DNA of 64,000 nt from an uncultured Anaerolineales bacterium (GTDB lineage Bacteria > Chloroflexota > Anaerolineae > Anaerolineales > UBA11858): the NCBI GenBank assembly GCA_964618295.1, contig CAZTWV010000001.1, positions 92,863-156,862 of the forward strand. The letters are read 5' to 3'. Shown one piece after another: positions 9,830 to 20,109 of the stretch (position 1 is the first letter of the stretch; each line of letters starts with the position of its first letter). The notes beneath the pieces were generated by a model, which saw only the letters and a list, made by a program, of their open reading frames with translations, searched no databases and was not told the DNA's origin. Position numbers and translations under genes: made by a program.

Positions 9830-10501
9830 TCACTCTGGCAAATGTTTTCTAAGAGTTTGAATCCCTTCTTGAATTCCATCGGGATGCTTAAAAATTGCAC
9901 TGGCTGCAACAAATACCCGGGCGCCTGCCTCCCAGGTGGATCCAATCGTATCCTGATTGATACCTCCGTCTACTTCAATTAGCGCTTCCGGGTTAACCTG
10001 ATCCAGCAATTGCCGAATTTTTTTTATTTTGGGCAGAACCTCCGGCATAAATGATTGACCTGAATAACCTGGGAATACCGTCATCACCAGCACCAGATCG
10101 ATCAGGGATAGATAAGGCTCGATTGCCCCTGCTGGTGTATCCGGGTTTAAGGTAACTCCGACCTGGCAGCCGTGGTCTCTGATCATCTGAAATGTGGAGT
10201 TGATATCGGGACAGGTTTCGACGTGTACTGTTAAAAGATCTGCCCCAGCATCAGCAAAAGCCGGGATCATTTGATCCGGATTGGTGATCATCAGGTGAAC
10301 ATCCAGCTTGAGGTCGGTTATTTCTCTGCAGGTTTGAACGATAAAAGGCCCCATCGTCAGGTTGGGGACAAAGTGGCCATCCATGACGTCAATATGGACC
10401 CAGTCTGCCCCGGCTGCTTCGGCGGTCTCAATTTGACTGCCCAGTTTTGAAAAATCTGCGGAGAGGATGGAGGGAGAGATGAGGTTTTTTGCGGATGTCA
10501 T
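9830..10501 (-). CDS. rpe: Ribulose-phosphate 3-epimerase
   Basis: 'PSILSADF', 'HIDVMDGHFVPNLT', and 'VDGGI'; 223 aa. Confidence 0.93.
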   Translation of the reverse strand: MTSAKNLISPSILSADFSKLGSQIETAEAAGADWVHIDVMDGHFVPNLTMGPFIVQTCREITDLKLDVHLMITNPDQMIPAFADAGADLLTVHVETCPDINSTFQMIRDHGCQVGVTLNPDTPAGAIEPYLSLIDLVLVMTVFPGYSGQSFMPEVLPKIKKIRQLLDQVNPEALIEVDGGINQDTIGSTWEAGARVFVAASAIFKHPDGIQEGIQTLRKHLPE

Positions 10502-10573
10502 GATAGTTTTACCTGTTGAGTATGTGATTCCAGCACCGAATCAGCATCTGGAGGACTGTGTTGGGTGCTGAAT

Positions 10574-11593
10574 TTAATTGATCTGGTAATAGACCCAGAT
10601 CCAGAATGGAATTAATCCTCCCACTGCCAGCAGGGCAACCAGGCCGATCACAATTGTGATCCAGCGTTTTCCGGGTTGGAGCGATTCCAGACTTTGAATC
10701 GCCTGCTGCTGGAAATCTCTTGCGGAATCACCCGGACCGGCGGCAGCCGGGGTTGGGATGGGGATGGAAGGCGTTTCATTCTGGGTGAAATTAATCATAA
10801 TCCTACCCAGCTGATCCGCAGTCCGGTAGCGGGCAGCTGGTTCTTTGGAAAGCACTTTCTGGATGATCGTTTCAAGTTCAGGACTGATTTCGGGATTGAG
10901 CTCCCGGGCGGAGGGAGGGGCTTCATAGCGGTGCATGAGCGCCAATTCCTGGGGGGATGAGTGCTGAAATGGCAGCTGGCCGGTGAGTATTTCGAATAAA
11001 ACGATTCCGAGGCTGTAGACATCGGAGGCAGGGGAGGGGGCTTTTCCGGCTGCCTGTTCCGGAGAGAAGTAGGCTGGTGAGCCCCAGATTGCATCATATT
11101 GTTCATCCGGACGGACTGAAGCGAGGGCTCTGGCGATCCCGAAATCTGTCACCTTGAGCCGATTATCCGGAGTGATCATCATGTTGTGGGGTTTAATATC
11201 ACAGTGGACGAGTCCAGCTCGATGCGCATAGCCAATCCCGGCACAAGCCTGGACGAATAATCTGGATGCCGTGCTTAAATCCAGGACGAGATCGCGTTTG
11301 ATGATTTGTTTTAAATCTATTCCAGGGACATATTCCATCACAATAAAAAGCTGTTCTTGATCGAGGCCAAAATCATGGACGGTGACGATATTGGGGTGTG
11401 TTAAGTTAGCTGCAGCCCTGGCTTCTTGTTTGAATCGTTCCTGGAAAGCTTTGGATTTGGAGAAATCCTCTTTCAAGATCTTAATCGCGATTGTTCGTTC
11501 CAGCATCAGGTCAGTTGCTTGATAGACCAGAGCCATTCCCCCCTGACCGAGTTCCTGATCCAGCTGGTAGCGTTCGTTAAGAATGTCAGTCAT
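10574..11593 (-). CDS. Hanks-type Ser/Thr protein kinase with a C-terminal TM anchor
   Basis: 'LGQGGMALVY', 'AIK', 'HCDIKPHN', 'DFGIA', 'SPEQ', and a hydrophobic C-terminal helix (ITIVIGLVALLAVGGLIPFWIWVYY). The start is chosen at MTDILNERY. Confidence 0.9.
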   Translation of the reverse strand: MTDILNERYQLDQELGQGGMALVYQATDLMLERTIAIKILKEDFSKSKAFQERFKQEARAAANLTHPNIVTVHDFGLDQEQLFIVMEYVPGIDLKQIIKRDLVLDLSTASRLFVQACAGIGYAHRAGLVHCDIKPHNMMITPDNRLKVTDFGIARALASVRPDEQYDAIWGSPAYFSPEQAAGKAPSPASDVYSLGIVLFEILTGQLPFQHSSPQELALMHRYEAPPSARELNPEISPELETIIQKVLSKEPAARYRTADQLGRIMINFTQNETPSIPIPTPAAAGPGDSARDFQQQAIQSLESLQPGKRWITIVIGLVALLAVGGLIPFWIWVYYQIN

Positions 11594-11704
11594 GATATGT
11601 CCCGTAATTTTAATTCGTTTTGATTGTACCACCATCGATTTGACGTTGATAAACCGATCGAGTAAACTCAAGTGCAGGAGAGCAATCAGTATCGATTGAG
11701 GGGA

Positions 11705-12658
11705 ATGAGACCTATGGAAGGCATGTTGATCTATAATCCGACTGCCGGAAGATTTCCATCCCTGCTTATGGTGGAAAGAGCCGCGAATTTACTGCGGGAT
11801 CATGATTGGGAAATTACAATGGCAAGAACGAATACTGCCCAGGATATCTCCCGGTTTTCTCGCAAAGCCGTAGAAGATAAACTGGACGCAGTTTTTATCG
11901 CCGGGGGGGATGGGTCTGTTCACCAGGCTGCGGCTGGCCTTCTGGGATCTAAAACCGCCCTCGGAGTGCTTCCAGCTGGTACCGCAAATGTTTGGGCTCA
12001 AGAGTTGGGTCTGCCTGGACTTTCCTGGACGAATTGGAATGCATTGGAGGGGAGCGTTAAGAAACTGTTGAATGGTCAGGTACGGACTGTGGATGTGGGG
12101 GTCTGTCAGGATCGACCATTTCTGCTCTGGGCTGGAATGGGGTTTGATGCATTTATTGTCCATCATCTCGAACCGAGATCCCGCCTGGAGAAGCAGTTAG
12201 CTGTGCCTCAATATGCGGCAAATCTGGCCTGGTATGCGATGGAATGGCCAGGGATGGATCTGGAGATTTGTGTGGATCAACAACCGATCTCGGGGAGTTT
12301 CATATTAGCCCTGGTATCAAATGTTCACCTGTATGCTGGAGGTTTAGCCAAACTTTCCGAGCAGTCCAGAATTGATGATCAGCAGATGGAGCTCTGGCTC
12401 TTCTCTGGAAACAGCCTGGCAACAACAATGCAGCATGTCTGGAATGTGATCACTGGATCTCATAAAAGGTCGGATCAGGTGTCCCGATACCCCTGTCAGC
12501 AGATTCAAATTCAATCAGAGGAAGAAATTTATTTACAGTTGGATGGTGAACCTCTTCCGCCGACCCGCGAAATTGAGATTCACATCGAGCCCAAAGCCCT
12601 TAGGGTTTTAGTTCCAAAGGATTTGCCCCGCCAATTATTTTCTGAGGATGTGGTATGA
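11705..12658 (+). CDS. Diacylglycerol/lipid kinase family protein (YegS/BmrU-like)
   Basis: 'IYNPTAGR', 'IAGGDGSVHQAA', and 'LPAGTANVWA' (DAGK catalytic domain pattern). The start is uncertain (11672/11705/11714/11723). Confidence 0.8.
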   Translation: MRPMEGMLIYNPTAGRFPSLLMVERAANLLRDHDWEITMARTNTAQDISRFSRKAVEDKLDAVFIAGGDGSVHQAAAGLLGSKTALGVLPAGTANVWAQELGLPGLSWTNWNALEGSVKKLLNGQVRTVDVGVCQDRPFLLWAGMGFDAFIVHHLEPRSRLEKQLAVPQYAANLAWYAMEWPGMDLEICVDQQPISGSFILALVSNVHLYAGGLAKLSEQSRIDDQQMELWLFSGNSLATTMQHVWNVITGSHKRSDQVSRYPCQQIQIQSEEEIYLQLDGEPLPPTREIEIHIEPKALRVLVPKDLPRQLFSEDVV

Positions 12659-13113
12659 AAGAGGTTTTAAATCCCTGGGTGATTGCAGGTTCTGTTTTGC
12701 TGGCAGCCGGTCTCTTGGCTGGGATATTCTGGGCCGCAGGTTTTGTTGAGGATCCAGGCTTAAGTGATTTTGGCGGGGAAGCTGGTCTGACAATTATCCC
12801 GAATCCGACCCAAACACCTACCTTAACACCCACTCAATCCCCGACCGCGGTGACTCCAACAGCCTCGGAGAGCATCCAGGTTGGGGGATACGTCCAGATA
12901 ACGGGCACAGGTGGCGAGGGTTTGAGACTTCGTCAAGATCCATCCTTAAACTCCAAGGTAGATTACCTGGGAATGGAGGATGAAATCTTCCTCGTTGCAG
13001 ACGGGCCAGTTGATCAGGATGGATATTTATGGTGGTTTTTACAGGCCCCTGCCAATCAATCCAAGCAGGGTTGGGGAGCAGCGAACTTTATGCGTGTAGC
13101 TCAAAACCCATAA
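12655..13113 (+). CDS. Membrane-anchored SH3b-domain protein
   Basis: N-terminal TM helix, a Pro/Thr linker, then 'GGYVQITGTGGEGLRLRQDPSLNSKVDYLGMEDEIFLVADGP', which is SH3_3-like. There is a 4-nt start/stop overlap with the upstream gene. Confidence 0.6.
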   Translation: MKEVLNPWVIAGSVLLAAGLLAGIFWAAGFVEDPGLSDFGGEAGLTIIPNPTQTPTLTPTQSPTAVTPTASESIQVGGYVQITGTGGEGLRLRQDPSLNSKVDYLGMEDEIFLVADGPVDQDGYLWWFLQAPANQSKQGWGAANFMRVAQNP

Positions 13114-13119
13114 AACAAA

Positions 13120-13150
13120 ACAGGAGGATTTGAATTCCTCCTGTCTTTTT
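13120..13150. terminator. Bidirectional Rho-independent terminator between convergent genes
   Basis: Stem ACAGGAGGA / TCCTCCTGT with loop TTTGAAT, flanked by AAAACAAAA on the left and CTTTTT on the right. Confidence 0.6.
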
Positions 13151-13173
13151 CGAAGTATTGAAATTCCGGAAAA

Positions 13174-13845
13174 CTAATCTTTGGTCAGGTGCACCAGGTG
13201 ATTGCGGAGATTGTGCTTCACTGCATAGGCAGCCGCCTCAGCCCGGTTGCTCACGTCCAATTTTGAAAGAATACTGCTGACATAGTTCCGGACCGTTCCC
13301 TCACCAAGATACAGCGTTTTTGCGATTTCGCGGTTGGTTTTACCTTCAGAGACATGGATCAGAACGTGTTTTTCCTGGTCCGTTAGATCTGCAAAGGCAG
13401 ATGCTTCTTCTTCCCTGGCAGCTTTTCTGACTTCTTTAAAGACCCGCTGAGTCACTGCAGGATCGAGGAGGGCTTCTCCCCTGCCGACAGCTTCAATTGC
13501 ATCGATCAATTCATCGCTTCCAACTTGTTTCAAGACATAGCCTGAAGCCCCGGCTCTGATGGCAGAAAACAGCATTTCGTCTTCTGCATAAGAGGTGAGC
13601 ATAATTACCTTGGTATCCGGGTGTTTTTCAATAATTTCCCCACAGGCTTCTATTCCAGAACCACCAGGAAGCCGGATGTCCATCACCACCACATCAGGAT
13701 GGTATTGCTCTACTTTCGCGACGGCGTCTTCCCCTGTTGATGCCTCAGCAACAACTTGAAATTTTGAGTGCCGATTCAGAAGGGATTTCAACCCCAGCCG
13801 AACGACCTCGTGATCGTCAACAAGTAAGATACGCTGCATGGTCAT
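13174..13845 (-). CDS. NarL/LuxR-family response regulator (REC + HTH_LuxR)
   Basis: '[11 protein letters not shown]', phospho-acceptor '[10 protein letters not shown]', 'IMLTSY', 'GYVLKQ', and a C-terminal '[43 protein letters not shown]'. No histidine kinase is adjacent. Confidence 0.92.
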   Translation of the reverse strand: MTMQRILLVDDHEVVRLGLKSLLNRHSKFQVVAEASTGEDAVAKVEQYHPDVVVMDIRLPGGSGIEACGEIIEKHPDTKVIMLTSYAEDEMLFSAIRAGASGYVLKQVGSDELIDAIEAVGRGEALLDPAVTQRVFKEVRKAAREEEASAFADLTDQEKHVLIHVSEGKTNREIAKTLYLGEGTVRNYVSSILSKLDVSNRAEAAAYAVKHNLRNHLVHLTKD

Positions 13846-14023
13846 GATTATCTCCTCAACCTTGATGTGTTGAGTATAGCTTAGAGTGAAGGTGCTGGCA
13901 AGTGTGCCAACCTAATCAAGTTGTTGTACTTCCCTGGGAAAAGAGTCTGATTATTCTTATCCAATCACAGGAAAAGATTTCCCCGAGTTGAAATAAAAAC
14001 CCAATGAATATCTGATTAAATCG

Positions 14024-14058
14024 TACCCCGCTCATATGAGGCATTGATGAGCGGGGTA
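14024..14058 (-). terminator. Hairpin downstream of the OmpR-type regulator gene (possible terminator)
   Basis: A 12-bp perfect stem TACCCCGCTCAT (14024-14035) / ATGAGCGGGGTA (14047-14058). The flanking U-run is weak. Confidence 0.4.
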
Positions 14059-14089
14059 TTAACATCCTGTAATTTTCTGGAGAACTGGT

Positions 14090-14824
14090 TCAGCTCTCTC
14101 CTTGTTCCCGACGGTAGTCTACAAAGCGGTAACCAACCCCGCGTTCAGTGAGGATATACTTGGGATTGGAGGGGTCTTCTTCCAGCTTTTTCCGAAGATA
14201 ATTGACATAAAGCCGCACATAATGCGGTTCATCCTGGTATTCAAAACCCCAAACTTTTGAGAGCAGCTGCTCGTGGGTGTTGACCCATCCCGCATTTTGG
14301 ACCAGATGGTACAGCAGGCGGTATTCGGTGGGTCTGAGATCTACTTTTTCCCCTTCAACCCAGACCTCGCGCCGAGAGAAATCTATTTTCAGGCGGTCAT
14401 CGACTTCGATCACATCTACCTGATCTTCCTGGAAGGTTTTTGTCCGCCGCAGCACGGCTTTAATCCGACTGACCAGCTCCCGGGGGCTGAAAGGCTTGGT
14501 GATATAGTCATCCGCTCCCAGTTCTAAGCCCTTGACCCGATCGTCTTCTTCCCCTTTCGCTGTTAACATAATCACTGGAACCTGGTTCACTTCCCGGATT
14601 TTTTTGAGAACTTCGAATCCGCTGATATCCGGCATCATGATATCCAGCAGGACCAGGTCAGGCAGCTGGGTTCGGACCTGTTCCAGAGCCTGGCTGCCAT
14701 TGTAGGCTGTGATTACCTGGAAACCATCCTGTTCGAGATTAAGCTGGATGAAACGGACCATCCGCTTTTCATCGTCAACTGCGAGAATTTTATACTTTTG
14801 TTGATTGGAATTCATACTTTTCAC
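14090..14824 (-). CDS. OmpR/PhoB-family response regulator (REC + winged helix)
   Basis: 'ILAVDDE', '[13 protein letters not shown]', 'IMLTAKG', 'DDYITKPF', and a C-terminal '[12 protein letters not shown]...GVGYRF'. Confidence 0.92.
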   Translation of the reverse strand: MKSMNSNQQKYKILAVDDEKRMVRFIQLNLEQDGFQVITAYNGSQALEQVRTQLPDLVLLDIMMPDISGFEVLKKIREVNQVPVIMLTAKGEEDDRVKGLELGADDYITKPFSPRELVSRIKAVLRRTKTFQEDQVDVIEVDDRLKIDFSRREVWVEGEKVDLRPTEYRLLYHLVQNAGWVNTHEQLLSKVWGFEYQDEPHYVRLYVNYLRKKLEEDPSNPKYILTERGVGYRFVDYRREQGES

Positions 14825-15063
14825 TCCCTGACAAAGCTGACGACATCCTCTGCGGTTTCACCCGGCATGATCTCAATGAATGAGATTTCAGATATTGGCC
14901 AGATTACCTTAACGACATTATGTTCGAGGAATATTAAATCTTTTCCATCACGCTGACGGGGGTTATGCAGAATGATGGTGGTATCCGTTGGGCTGGGAAG
15001 TTCTTCTACTTCCGCCAGGATGGGTTCTGCATTCCGGATGTGAACGATGACTGTTGCAGACAT
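14821..15063 (-). CDS. Small hypothetical protein (80 aa), translationally coupled to the OmpR-type regulator
   Basis: An intact ORF with a 4-nt overlap with the downstream gene and a 10-nt gap from the upstream FHA gene. I recognise no motif. Confidence 0.5.
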   Translation of the reverse strand: MSATVIVHIRNAEPILAEVEELPSPTDTTIILHNPRQRDGKDLIFLEHNVVKVIWPISEISFIEIMPGETAEDVVSFVRE

Positions 15064-15073
15064 ATCTTAATCC

Positions 15074-15595
15074 TCACTCCATTTCTTTTGGCAGGATCAC
15101 TTTTAAATTATATTTCCCGAGGGTGATCAGGTCCCCATGGTTTAATGGGACTTCTGAGTTGGCAGGAATTTTGTAATTATTCACTTTTGATCCGTTTGCA
15201 GAACCAAGATCCATCAAAAAAACCTTGTTCTTTTTACGGTTGATCATTATTGTGGCGTGCAGCCGGGATACCCCTTTATCAAACGCGTCGTATGGATTCA
15301 GATCCACGTCTGGTGTGATAACCTGTCCCTCAACGATTCGGCCCAACGTGAATTCATCCTGTTCTGGAAGATTGATAATTTGTTCTTTGTTCGGATCAAA
15401 TAAGATGAAATCCTGATTTTTAAGAAGCTCTTTTGGGATTGTGTTGGTCGGATCGATTGTCTTTACTCCTCCCTGACGTGGAAAGACAAAGGTATCAACG
15501 TCATCATTTGTTTGGAACCTCAACTGAGATCCGCATTCACTGCAGAAGATAGTTCCATGATATTCCTGGTTTCCACACATTTTGCAACTGATCAT
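15074..15595 (-). CDS. Zinc-ribbon + FHA domain protein
   Basis: N-terminal CxxC...CxxC (CKMCGN...CSECGS). C-terminal FHA pattern 'FTLGR...VSRLHATI...FLMDLGSANGSKVN...L.HGDLITLG'. Confidence 0.88.
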   Translation of the reverse strand: MISCKMCGNQEYHGTIFCSECGSQLRFQTNDDVDTFVFPRQGGVKTIDPTNTIPKELLKNQDFILFDPNKEQIINLPEQDEFTLGRIVEGQVITPDVDLNPYDAFDKGVSRLHATIMINRKKNKVFLMDLGSANGSKVNNYKIPANSEVPLNHGDLITLGKYNLKVILPKEME

Positions 15596-15600
15596 TTTAT

Positions 15601-17052
15601 TTAACCCGGCAGCATCAGATTCCTGGTTTGATATTTCAGTTCTTTTTTCCCATCCGGGCTGAATTCATGATTGGATTTAATGTATTCAGCTTCATTCATG
15701 GCAACTTTTGCCAGAGCCTGCTGTCCCTTTGCCATTAAATGGGAAGATAAATTTATCAAACGCTGGTAAGCGTTTTCAGGTTCTCCGGCCAGTATATCTT
15801 TTTGGGCTTTTTCCTGCAGCCGGTACAACATCAAGTGAGCAATGGCCCGCATGATTTCTTCCGGGGGAGCAGATATTTCATCTTCAACTGGAGCAATGCC
15901 CTGCTCCAGCACAAACGGAACACTCAAATCCTTTGGTTTTCTTTTAACCGTGATTTCACCATTTGCAATTATTACCTGGTCAATGGATTCAGGCACCTCA
16001 TCGATTAAGAATTCAAACAATACTCGCTGATGCTGATCTTTTTTCAAGGTTCCAAGCGGATATTCCTCCGCATGGGGCAGGGGAAAGGTTTCTGGTAGGA
16101 TTCGGAACGCGGACAGAGTCCTTACTCCGGGTGCTGGGTGTAAAAACAAAGAGACCTGTCTGGCAGAGGAATCTTTCAATGTTTCAATCGTTTTTTTTAA
16201 GAATTCTTTGACCTCAGGAGGTTTCCGGATAAACATACTGGTCCCCCCCGTAATACCGCAAAGTTCATCGATGAACTCATCGTTCCATTCCACACCAATT
16301 CCAAGGCTGCTAATTCCAATTTCTTGATTCGCTGCAGCCCGGGCCAGTTCGAAACATTTCTCTTCATCTCCGTAGGTATGTCCGTCTGTGATCAGGATTA
16401 TGTGGTTGACATGGTCATCGGTAATCCTGGTACTGATCTGGTTGAAAGCCGCTTCCAATCCCTGGAAGATCTCTGTTCCACCTTCTGCCAGCAGACTGTT
16501 AAGACTGGCTTCTACCTGGACAGCTGGGGGGTGAGTCTGATTTGGAAGCAGAACCCTGGAACGATCGTTGAAACTGATGATTGATACTGCATCTTGCTCG
16601 TGAAGATCTTCAATGATTTCCTTGGTAGCAGATTTTAAGAGATCCAGGCGGTCCCCTTTCATGGAAGTCGATGTGTCGAGCACCAGGGCGATATTGAGGG
16701 GAAGATTGGCTGTATCTTTGGCTGCTTCCGGAGTAACAAAATCAATCATACAGTATGCAATTTGAGGTTCTGCATAATGATAGAGAGATTCTGAACTGTA
16801 TTGAGTTGAAATATGAATGGCCCCAGGCGTCTGACTGGGTTCCCGGCCCTGATCGTAATCCTGCCGCTTATTGGGGTCAGAAAGAATTTGGTATGCTTCC
16901 TGGATTCCAAGAAACATTTCAGTAGCCCCGGTTTGCTTATTGACATCCGGGTGTGCTTTTTTTACTGCGAGCCGGTATGCTTTGCGAATGGCATCATCGG
17001 AGGCACCAGTTTGAATATTTAGTCGTTGGTAAAAATCAGTTTTATCAGCCAT
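15601..17052 (-). CDS. J-domain (DnaJ N-terminal) / von Willebrand factor A fusion protein
   Basis: J domain 'DFYQRLNI...IRKAYRLAVKKAHPDVN...EAYQILSDPNKRQDYD' with an intact HPD. The vWA domain has the MIDAS motif 'LVLDTSTSM'. The C-terminal ~170 aa is unassigned. Confidence 0.85.
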   Translation of the reverse strand: MADKTDFYQRLNIQTGASDDAIRKAYRLAVKKAHPDVNKQTGATEMFLGIQEAYQILSDPNKRQDYDQGREPSQTPGAIHISTQYSSESLYHYAEPQIAYCMIDFVTPEAAKDTANLPLNIALVLDTSTSMKGDRLDLLKSATKEIIEDLHEQDAVSIISFNDRSRVLLPNQTHPPAVQVEASLNSLLAEGGTEIFQGLEAAFNQISTRITDDHVNHIILITDGHTYGDEEKCFELARAAANQEIGISSLGIGVEWNDEFIDELCGITGGTSMFIRKPPEVKEFLKKTIETLKDSSARQVSLFLHPAPGVRTLSAFRILPETFPLPHAEEYPLGTLKKDQHQRVLFEFLIDEVPESIDQVIIANGEITVKRKPKDLSVPFVLEQGIAPVEDEISAPPEEIMRAIAHLMLYRLQEKAQKDILAGEPENAYQRLINLSSHLMAKGQQALAKVAMNEAEYIKSNHEFSPDGKKELKYQTRNLMLPG

Positions 17053-17057
17053 CCTGG

Positions 17058-17990
17058 TCAGCGATCATTATTTATTGTGATAAAAACAGCGGAAATATTG
17101 TCCGGTCCGCCGGCTTGATTTGCAGCGTGAATTAACTGATCTGTGATATCTTGAGCACTTCTCCCGGAATTGATGATTTCTTCAAGAATTTCCCGTTCCA
17201 CTATGCTCCATAACCCATCTGAACAAACCAGGAGAGAGCCTGTTTTGGGTCGGTGTGTAGAAATTATCTCGGGTTCGAAAGGTTCCCCCTGTCCGAGAGC
17301 TCGATACAGCACATTGCGTTGGGGGTGTACGGCGGCTTCTTCCGGAGTAATCTGTCCCAATTCCTGGAGCCGCTTGACAAGAGAATGATCCCGCGTCAGG
17401 GGAGATAGATTTCCCTGGGGGTCAATCTCATATACCCGGCTGTCTCCCACGTGGGCAATCGTCATTTGTTCCCCAACAATCAAGATTGCAGTGATGGTTG
17501 TTCCCCCGCCGTACGAATTTTTGATAATCTCATCGTTTGCTTTTTCAATACTGTTATGAAATATTTCCCGGAACGAAAACTCGCTGGGTTCCGGGTTTAA
17601 ACCCATCATTGGACAGTAAATTTCCTTTAAAATGCATCCGGCAACTGTCCGGATTGCCAGCTCACTGGCAATTTCACCATTCCGGTGCCCCCCCATTCCA
17701 TCCGCCACAATATACAGACCAAAGGGGATTTCGGATTCATTAAATGAAAACATCGTGGTTAGAGTAAAGAACGCATCCTCATTATGAGTCCGCTGCCGAC
17801 CGGTGGAAAGACCATAACCAACCTCAATATGGGGAGAACTGTGCTTTTCTTGAGATGGGGGCCCGGTCTCTGGGATTTTTTCTAATTCTTTGGTGGCAAT
17901 CTGAGAACTCGAGGGTTCCTGATCAGAACCATTAGCTGTTTTACTCCCGGCTGTGAAGAAACCGGTGATTTTCTGAAGGATTTTTTTCAT
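17058..17990 (-). CDS. PP2C-family Ser/Thr phosphatase
   Basis: 'NEDAF', 'VADGMGGH', 'GDSRVY', and 'LLVCSDGLW...GGPDNISAVFI'. Confidence 0.92.
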   Translation of the reverse strand: MKKILQKITGFFTAGSKTANGSDQEPSSSQIATKELEKIPETGPPSQEKHSSPHIEVGYGLSTGRQRTHNEDAFFTLTTMFSFNESEIPFGLYIVADGMGGHRNGEIASELAIRTVAGCILKEIYCPMMGLNPEPSEFSFREIFHNSIEKANDEIIKNSYGGGTTITAILIVGEQMTIAHVGDSRVYEIDPQGNLSPLTRDHSLVKRLQELGQITPEEAAVHPQRNVLYRALGQGEPFEPEIISTHRPKTGSLLVCSDGLWSIVEREILEEIINSGRSAQDITDQLIHAANQAGGPDNISAVFITINNDR

Positions 17991-18031
17991 CTGCTCTTCT
18001 CGTTTTACCTGCCTGGTTGGTTATCAGTTTC

Positions 18032-20002
18032 TCAAGCGGGCAAGGCATATAGTGTATGGTCTGCTGATCCAATATAAACAACATCATCAATCAAGATCGG
18101 TGATCCGGTGATCGGCCCTTCTGTTTGGTATTTCCACCGCAGTCGTCCGCTTTTAGCGTGTAAGCTGTAAACGTAGCCGTCTATGTTCCCAAAGTATACA
18201 GCACCTTTGTAGTAGACCGGGGAGGAGTTTATCTGATTATCAGTGGCGAAATCCCAGACCTTTTTTGAAGTCTTGGTGTTGATGCAGTACAAATTTTTGT
18301 CTGTTGAGCCCACAAAGACATGGTTTTCAAAAGTTGTTGGGGTCGATATTGAACCATTGTCCATCCGGTACCGCCAGATCACCCAGCCAGATTTGGCATC
18401 AATTGCGTAAAGAAATGAATCCATGGAAGTGATGTAGATCACATTATCGGCATGATGGGGAGATGCGGTGACTGCTCGTTTCGCCCCGGTTCTCCATTTG
18501 ATGTTACCGCTGAAATCGTAGCATTGGATTTCACCGCTCTCACTTCCAATGTAGATCCGATCGCCAATTACAATTGGACTGGACCGGACCCGTGAGCCCA
18601 AATTGGCCCGCCAGGCTTCCCGCCCAGCCATTAAGTTAAGGACATGCAGGAATTCATCATCGGAGCCAATGAAAAGATGCTGTTCTGCTATAAAGGGGGA
18701 TGAATAAATTGGTCCATCGGTTGCCTGAACCCAGACCTTTTTCCCGTTTCGGATAGATATGGCGTGAACGTGCTCGTCTGCTGAACCAAAATAAATTTTG
18801 TTTTCATGGATAGCGGGTTTACTGACAATTCCGCCTTCCGCTGGATATTTCCAGACAAAGTTGCCATTCGATGCTTCCAGGGCGTACAGATTGTGGTCGT
18901 ACGAACCAACAAAAATCACCCCATCCTGATAGCCTGGGGTTCCCCTGATTTCATCTTCACACTTGAAGGTCCACACTGGGGAGTGGCTTTGATCCTGGAA
19001 ATACTGAGTTGCCTGGGCAACGGAGATTTCCTCGGTTAGCATGCCTGTTTGCTGGGCCAATCCCACCAGGGCCTTCCGCATAAAAGCGGCGGTTTCAAAT
19101 CGATCTTCCGGGTTATACATTAATGCCGTATTGACAATATTTGTAATTCCCGCTGAAAGGGCTGGATTCGAATCCTGGAGAGGGCGTTCATCAAATGTGA
19201 AAGGAGGTTCCGTCCTGGGATCTTGATTAGACAGCAGGTGATGGAGAGTTGCACCCAAGGCATAAATATCAACACTGGGGGTAGCTTCACCGCGGTACTG
19301 CTCCGGGGGAGAGTAACCTTCGGTTCCGATCATGGTGCCTTTTGCGCCCGACTGAAAAGTTTTTGCAATCCCAAAATCAACCAGACGAACCTGGTTCCTT
19401 TTGGTAATCATAATATTGGCTGGTTTTACGTCCCGGAAGACGATTGGCTCTGGATCATGGGTGTGGAGGTAATCCAGAACATCACAGAGGGAAATTGCCC
19501 AGCTGATGATTTGATCTTCCGGGAATGGTGCCCTCCGCTGGTGAAGTTTAATTTCGAGGTTATCGCCATCAACAAATTCCATCACAAGGTAGGATCTGGA
19601 TCCCAGAGTGAAATAATCATATATTGTTGGGATGGAAGGATGGCTGACTGTGGCCAAAATATTTGCTTCACGTTCAAAATTTTCTACGATCGTGGAACGA
19701 ATTTCCGGGTCCGTGGCTTGATTAATCATTTCTTTGACAGCTACGATTTTTTCAACATGAAATCGAAGGTCCTGAGCTCGATAGACAGCACCCATCCCAC
19801 CGCGGCCAACCGTGGATAAAATCTTATAACGACCTTCCAGTTTGGTTCCAGGCTGGAGGTATTCTAAAGATTTGGATTGGTCATTTAGGTTTTGAGTAAT
19901 CTTACGGGTTTCCAGAACAAACCTCCCCTGCTTTTTACGGTAAGTATTATATACCCTTTGGATCTTGGCGGGGATATTTCTATACTGGACTGATTTTATC
20001 AT
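18032..20002 (-). CDS. Cytoplasmic Hanks-type Ser/Thr kinase fused to a PQQ-like beta-propeller
   Basis: Kinase motifs 'GRGGMGAVY', 'AVK', 'FRDVKPAN', 'DFGIAK', and 'SPPEQ'. The C-terminal half has repeated 'D..lYAl....G...W' blades (YALEASNGNFVWKY, HAISIRNGKKVWV, YAIDAKSGWVIWRY, YSLHAKSGRLRWKY). No TM segment is visible. Confidence 0.9.
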   Translation of the reverse strand: MIKSVQYRNIPAKIQRVYNTYRKKQGRFVLETRKITQNLNDQSKSLEYLQPGTKLEGRYKILSTVGRGGMGAVYRAQDLRFHVEKIVAVKEMINQATDPEIRSTIVENFEREANILATVSHPSIPTIYDYFTLGSRSYLVMEFVDGDNLEIKLHQRRAPFPEDQIISWAISLCDVLDYLHTHDPEPIVFRDVKPANIMITKRNQVRLVDFGIAKTFQSGAKGTMIGTEGYSPPEQYRGEATPSVDIYALGATLHHLLSNQDPRTEPPFTFDERPLQDSNPALSAGITNIVNTALMYNPEDRFETAAFMRKALVGLAQQTGMLTEEISVAQATQYFQDQSHSPVWTFKCEDEIRGTPGYQDGVIFVGSYDHNLYALEASNGNFVWKYPAEGGIVSKPAIHENKIYFGSADEHVHAISIRNGKKVWVQATDGPIYSSPFIAEQHLFIGSDDEFLHVLNLMAGREAWRANLGSRVRSSPIVIGDRIYIGSESGEIQCYDFSGNIKWRTGAKRAVTASPHHADNVIYITSMDSFLYAIDAKSGWVIWRYRMDNGSISTPTTFENHVFVGSTDKNLYCINTKTSKKVWDFATDNQINSSPVYYKGAVYFGNIDGYVYSLHAKSGRLRWKYQTEGPITGSPILIDDVVYIGSADHTLYALPA

Positions 20003-20109
20003 ATGGTACAGATTTTAAAACGCTCCAACCTCTAAAAGGGAATCTTCCCCCGATGATGAAAAGGCTTGGTAAGATAATGAAAGGTATAAACCGAGATAAG
20101 GATGATCTA

